NCBI GenBank assembly: GCA_013265495.1
Contig: MU058287.1
Coordinates: 248,001 to 312,000, forward strand
DNA: 64,000 nucleotides
DNA from: Vicugna vicugna
Lineage: Eukaryota
Reading direction: 5' to 3'
The notes beneath the pieces were generated by a model that had not been told where the DNA came from, made no database searches, and saw only the letters and a list, made by a program, of their open reading frames with translations. Positions 63,481 to 64,000 of this stretch are shown here, piece after piece (position 1 is the first letter of the stretch; every line of letters begins with the position of its first letter). The translations under genes were made by a program, and so were the position numbers.

Positions 63481-64000
63481 GGAAGGCAGTCCTGCTTTTC
63501 CAATGCAATGTGGTAGAAAGTAAAGGCTAACAAGAAGTGGAAGGTGTTTGCTGTCCTTCAAGAGCTGACAGTCTGATCAAAGAAACAGAAACACAAAGAA
63601 TAGGTAAATAACACCATGATTCAGGAAAAGACCAGTGTTACAGACAACAGCTATTGTAGGAGACGAGAAATTTGTAAACACTGAGGAAGAGTTTCAAGAT
63701 GCTATAAAGGGCACAGAATGTTTGCTTAACATTAAGATATCAAACATCTTTAGTGTACAGCCATTTCTATACTGCCTCCATCATCCTTAAGGTTCAGAGA
63801 TAGTGGAGTACTGCAGATGATTTTGGAGGACCAAGTCTGTGTCGACACAGATTGAAATTGGCCTGCATCTTAACCTTGTGCCCTAATGGCTATGGGGATC
63901 TTATTAAAGGAAAAATTGGAATAAGCTCTGAATAAGATAACTGTGGAGAGGGCCATGAGGATGCTCACCTCTGCCCCACGATCTTAAACAACCTGCAGGA

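Noticed and set aside
1..64000. CRISPR array, operon, intact autonomous element or novel multi-gene system
   Set aside because: Mammalian intronic and intergenic DNA; no regularly spaced repeats and no intact transposase, RT or viral ORFs were seen.

Overview
Mammalian, repeat-rich genomic DNA, most likely from a camelid (camel or alpaca), judged from a camelid-type tRNA-derived SINE at ~23.6 kb. The window holds the 3' part of AIG1 (androgen-induced gene 1, a Thr/His FAHFA hydrolase) on the + strand. Three coding exons are present (7400-7515, 43082-43245, 48913-48950 including the stop), with a 3'UTR running to a poly(A) signal near 49563; intergenic DNA follows. The 35.6-kb intron carries a decayed, apparently full-length antisense ACTG1 (gamma-actin) processed pseudogene, three ERV1-type solo LTRs with intact 4-bp TSDs, and many L1, L2, MIR, MaLR and DNA-transposon relics. 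There is a 113-N assembly gap with a duplicated flank. I found no evidence for a new multi-gene system, and almost all ORFs in the supplied track are spurious. The best leads are small-scale: a relic of the alternative AIG1 'KPPSWQ' exon lacking its splice acceptor, a 70-bp templated insertion copied from 1.35 kb away, a candidate L1 3' transduction, a poly(A)-only insertion with an 18-bp TSD, and an E-box cluster. Gene and repeat-family names come from recalled consensus sequences, not from searches, and many repeat boundaries are approximate.
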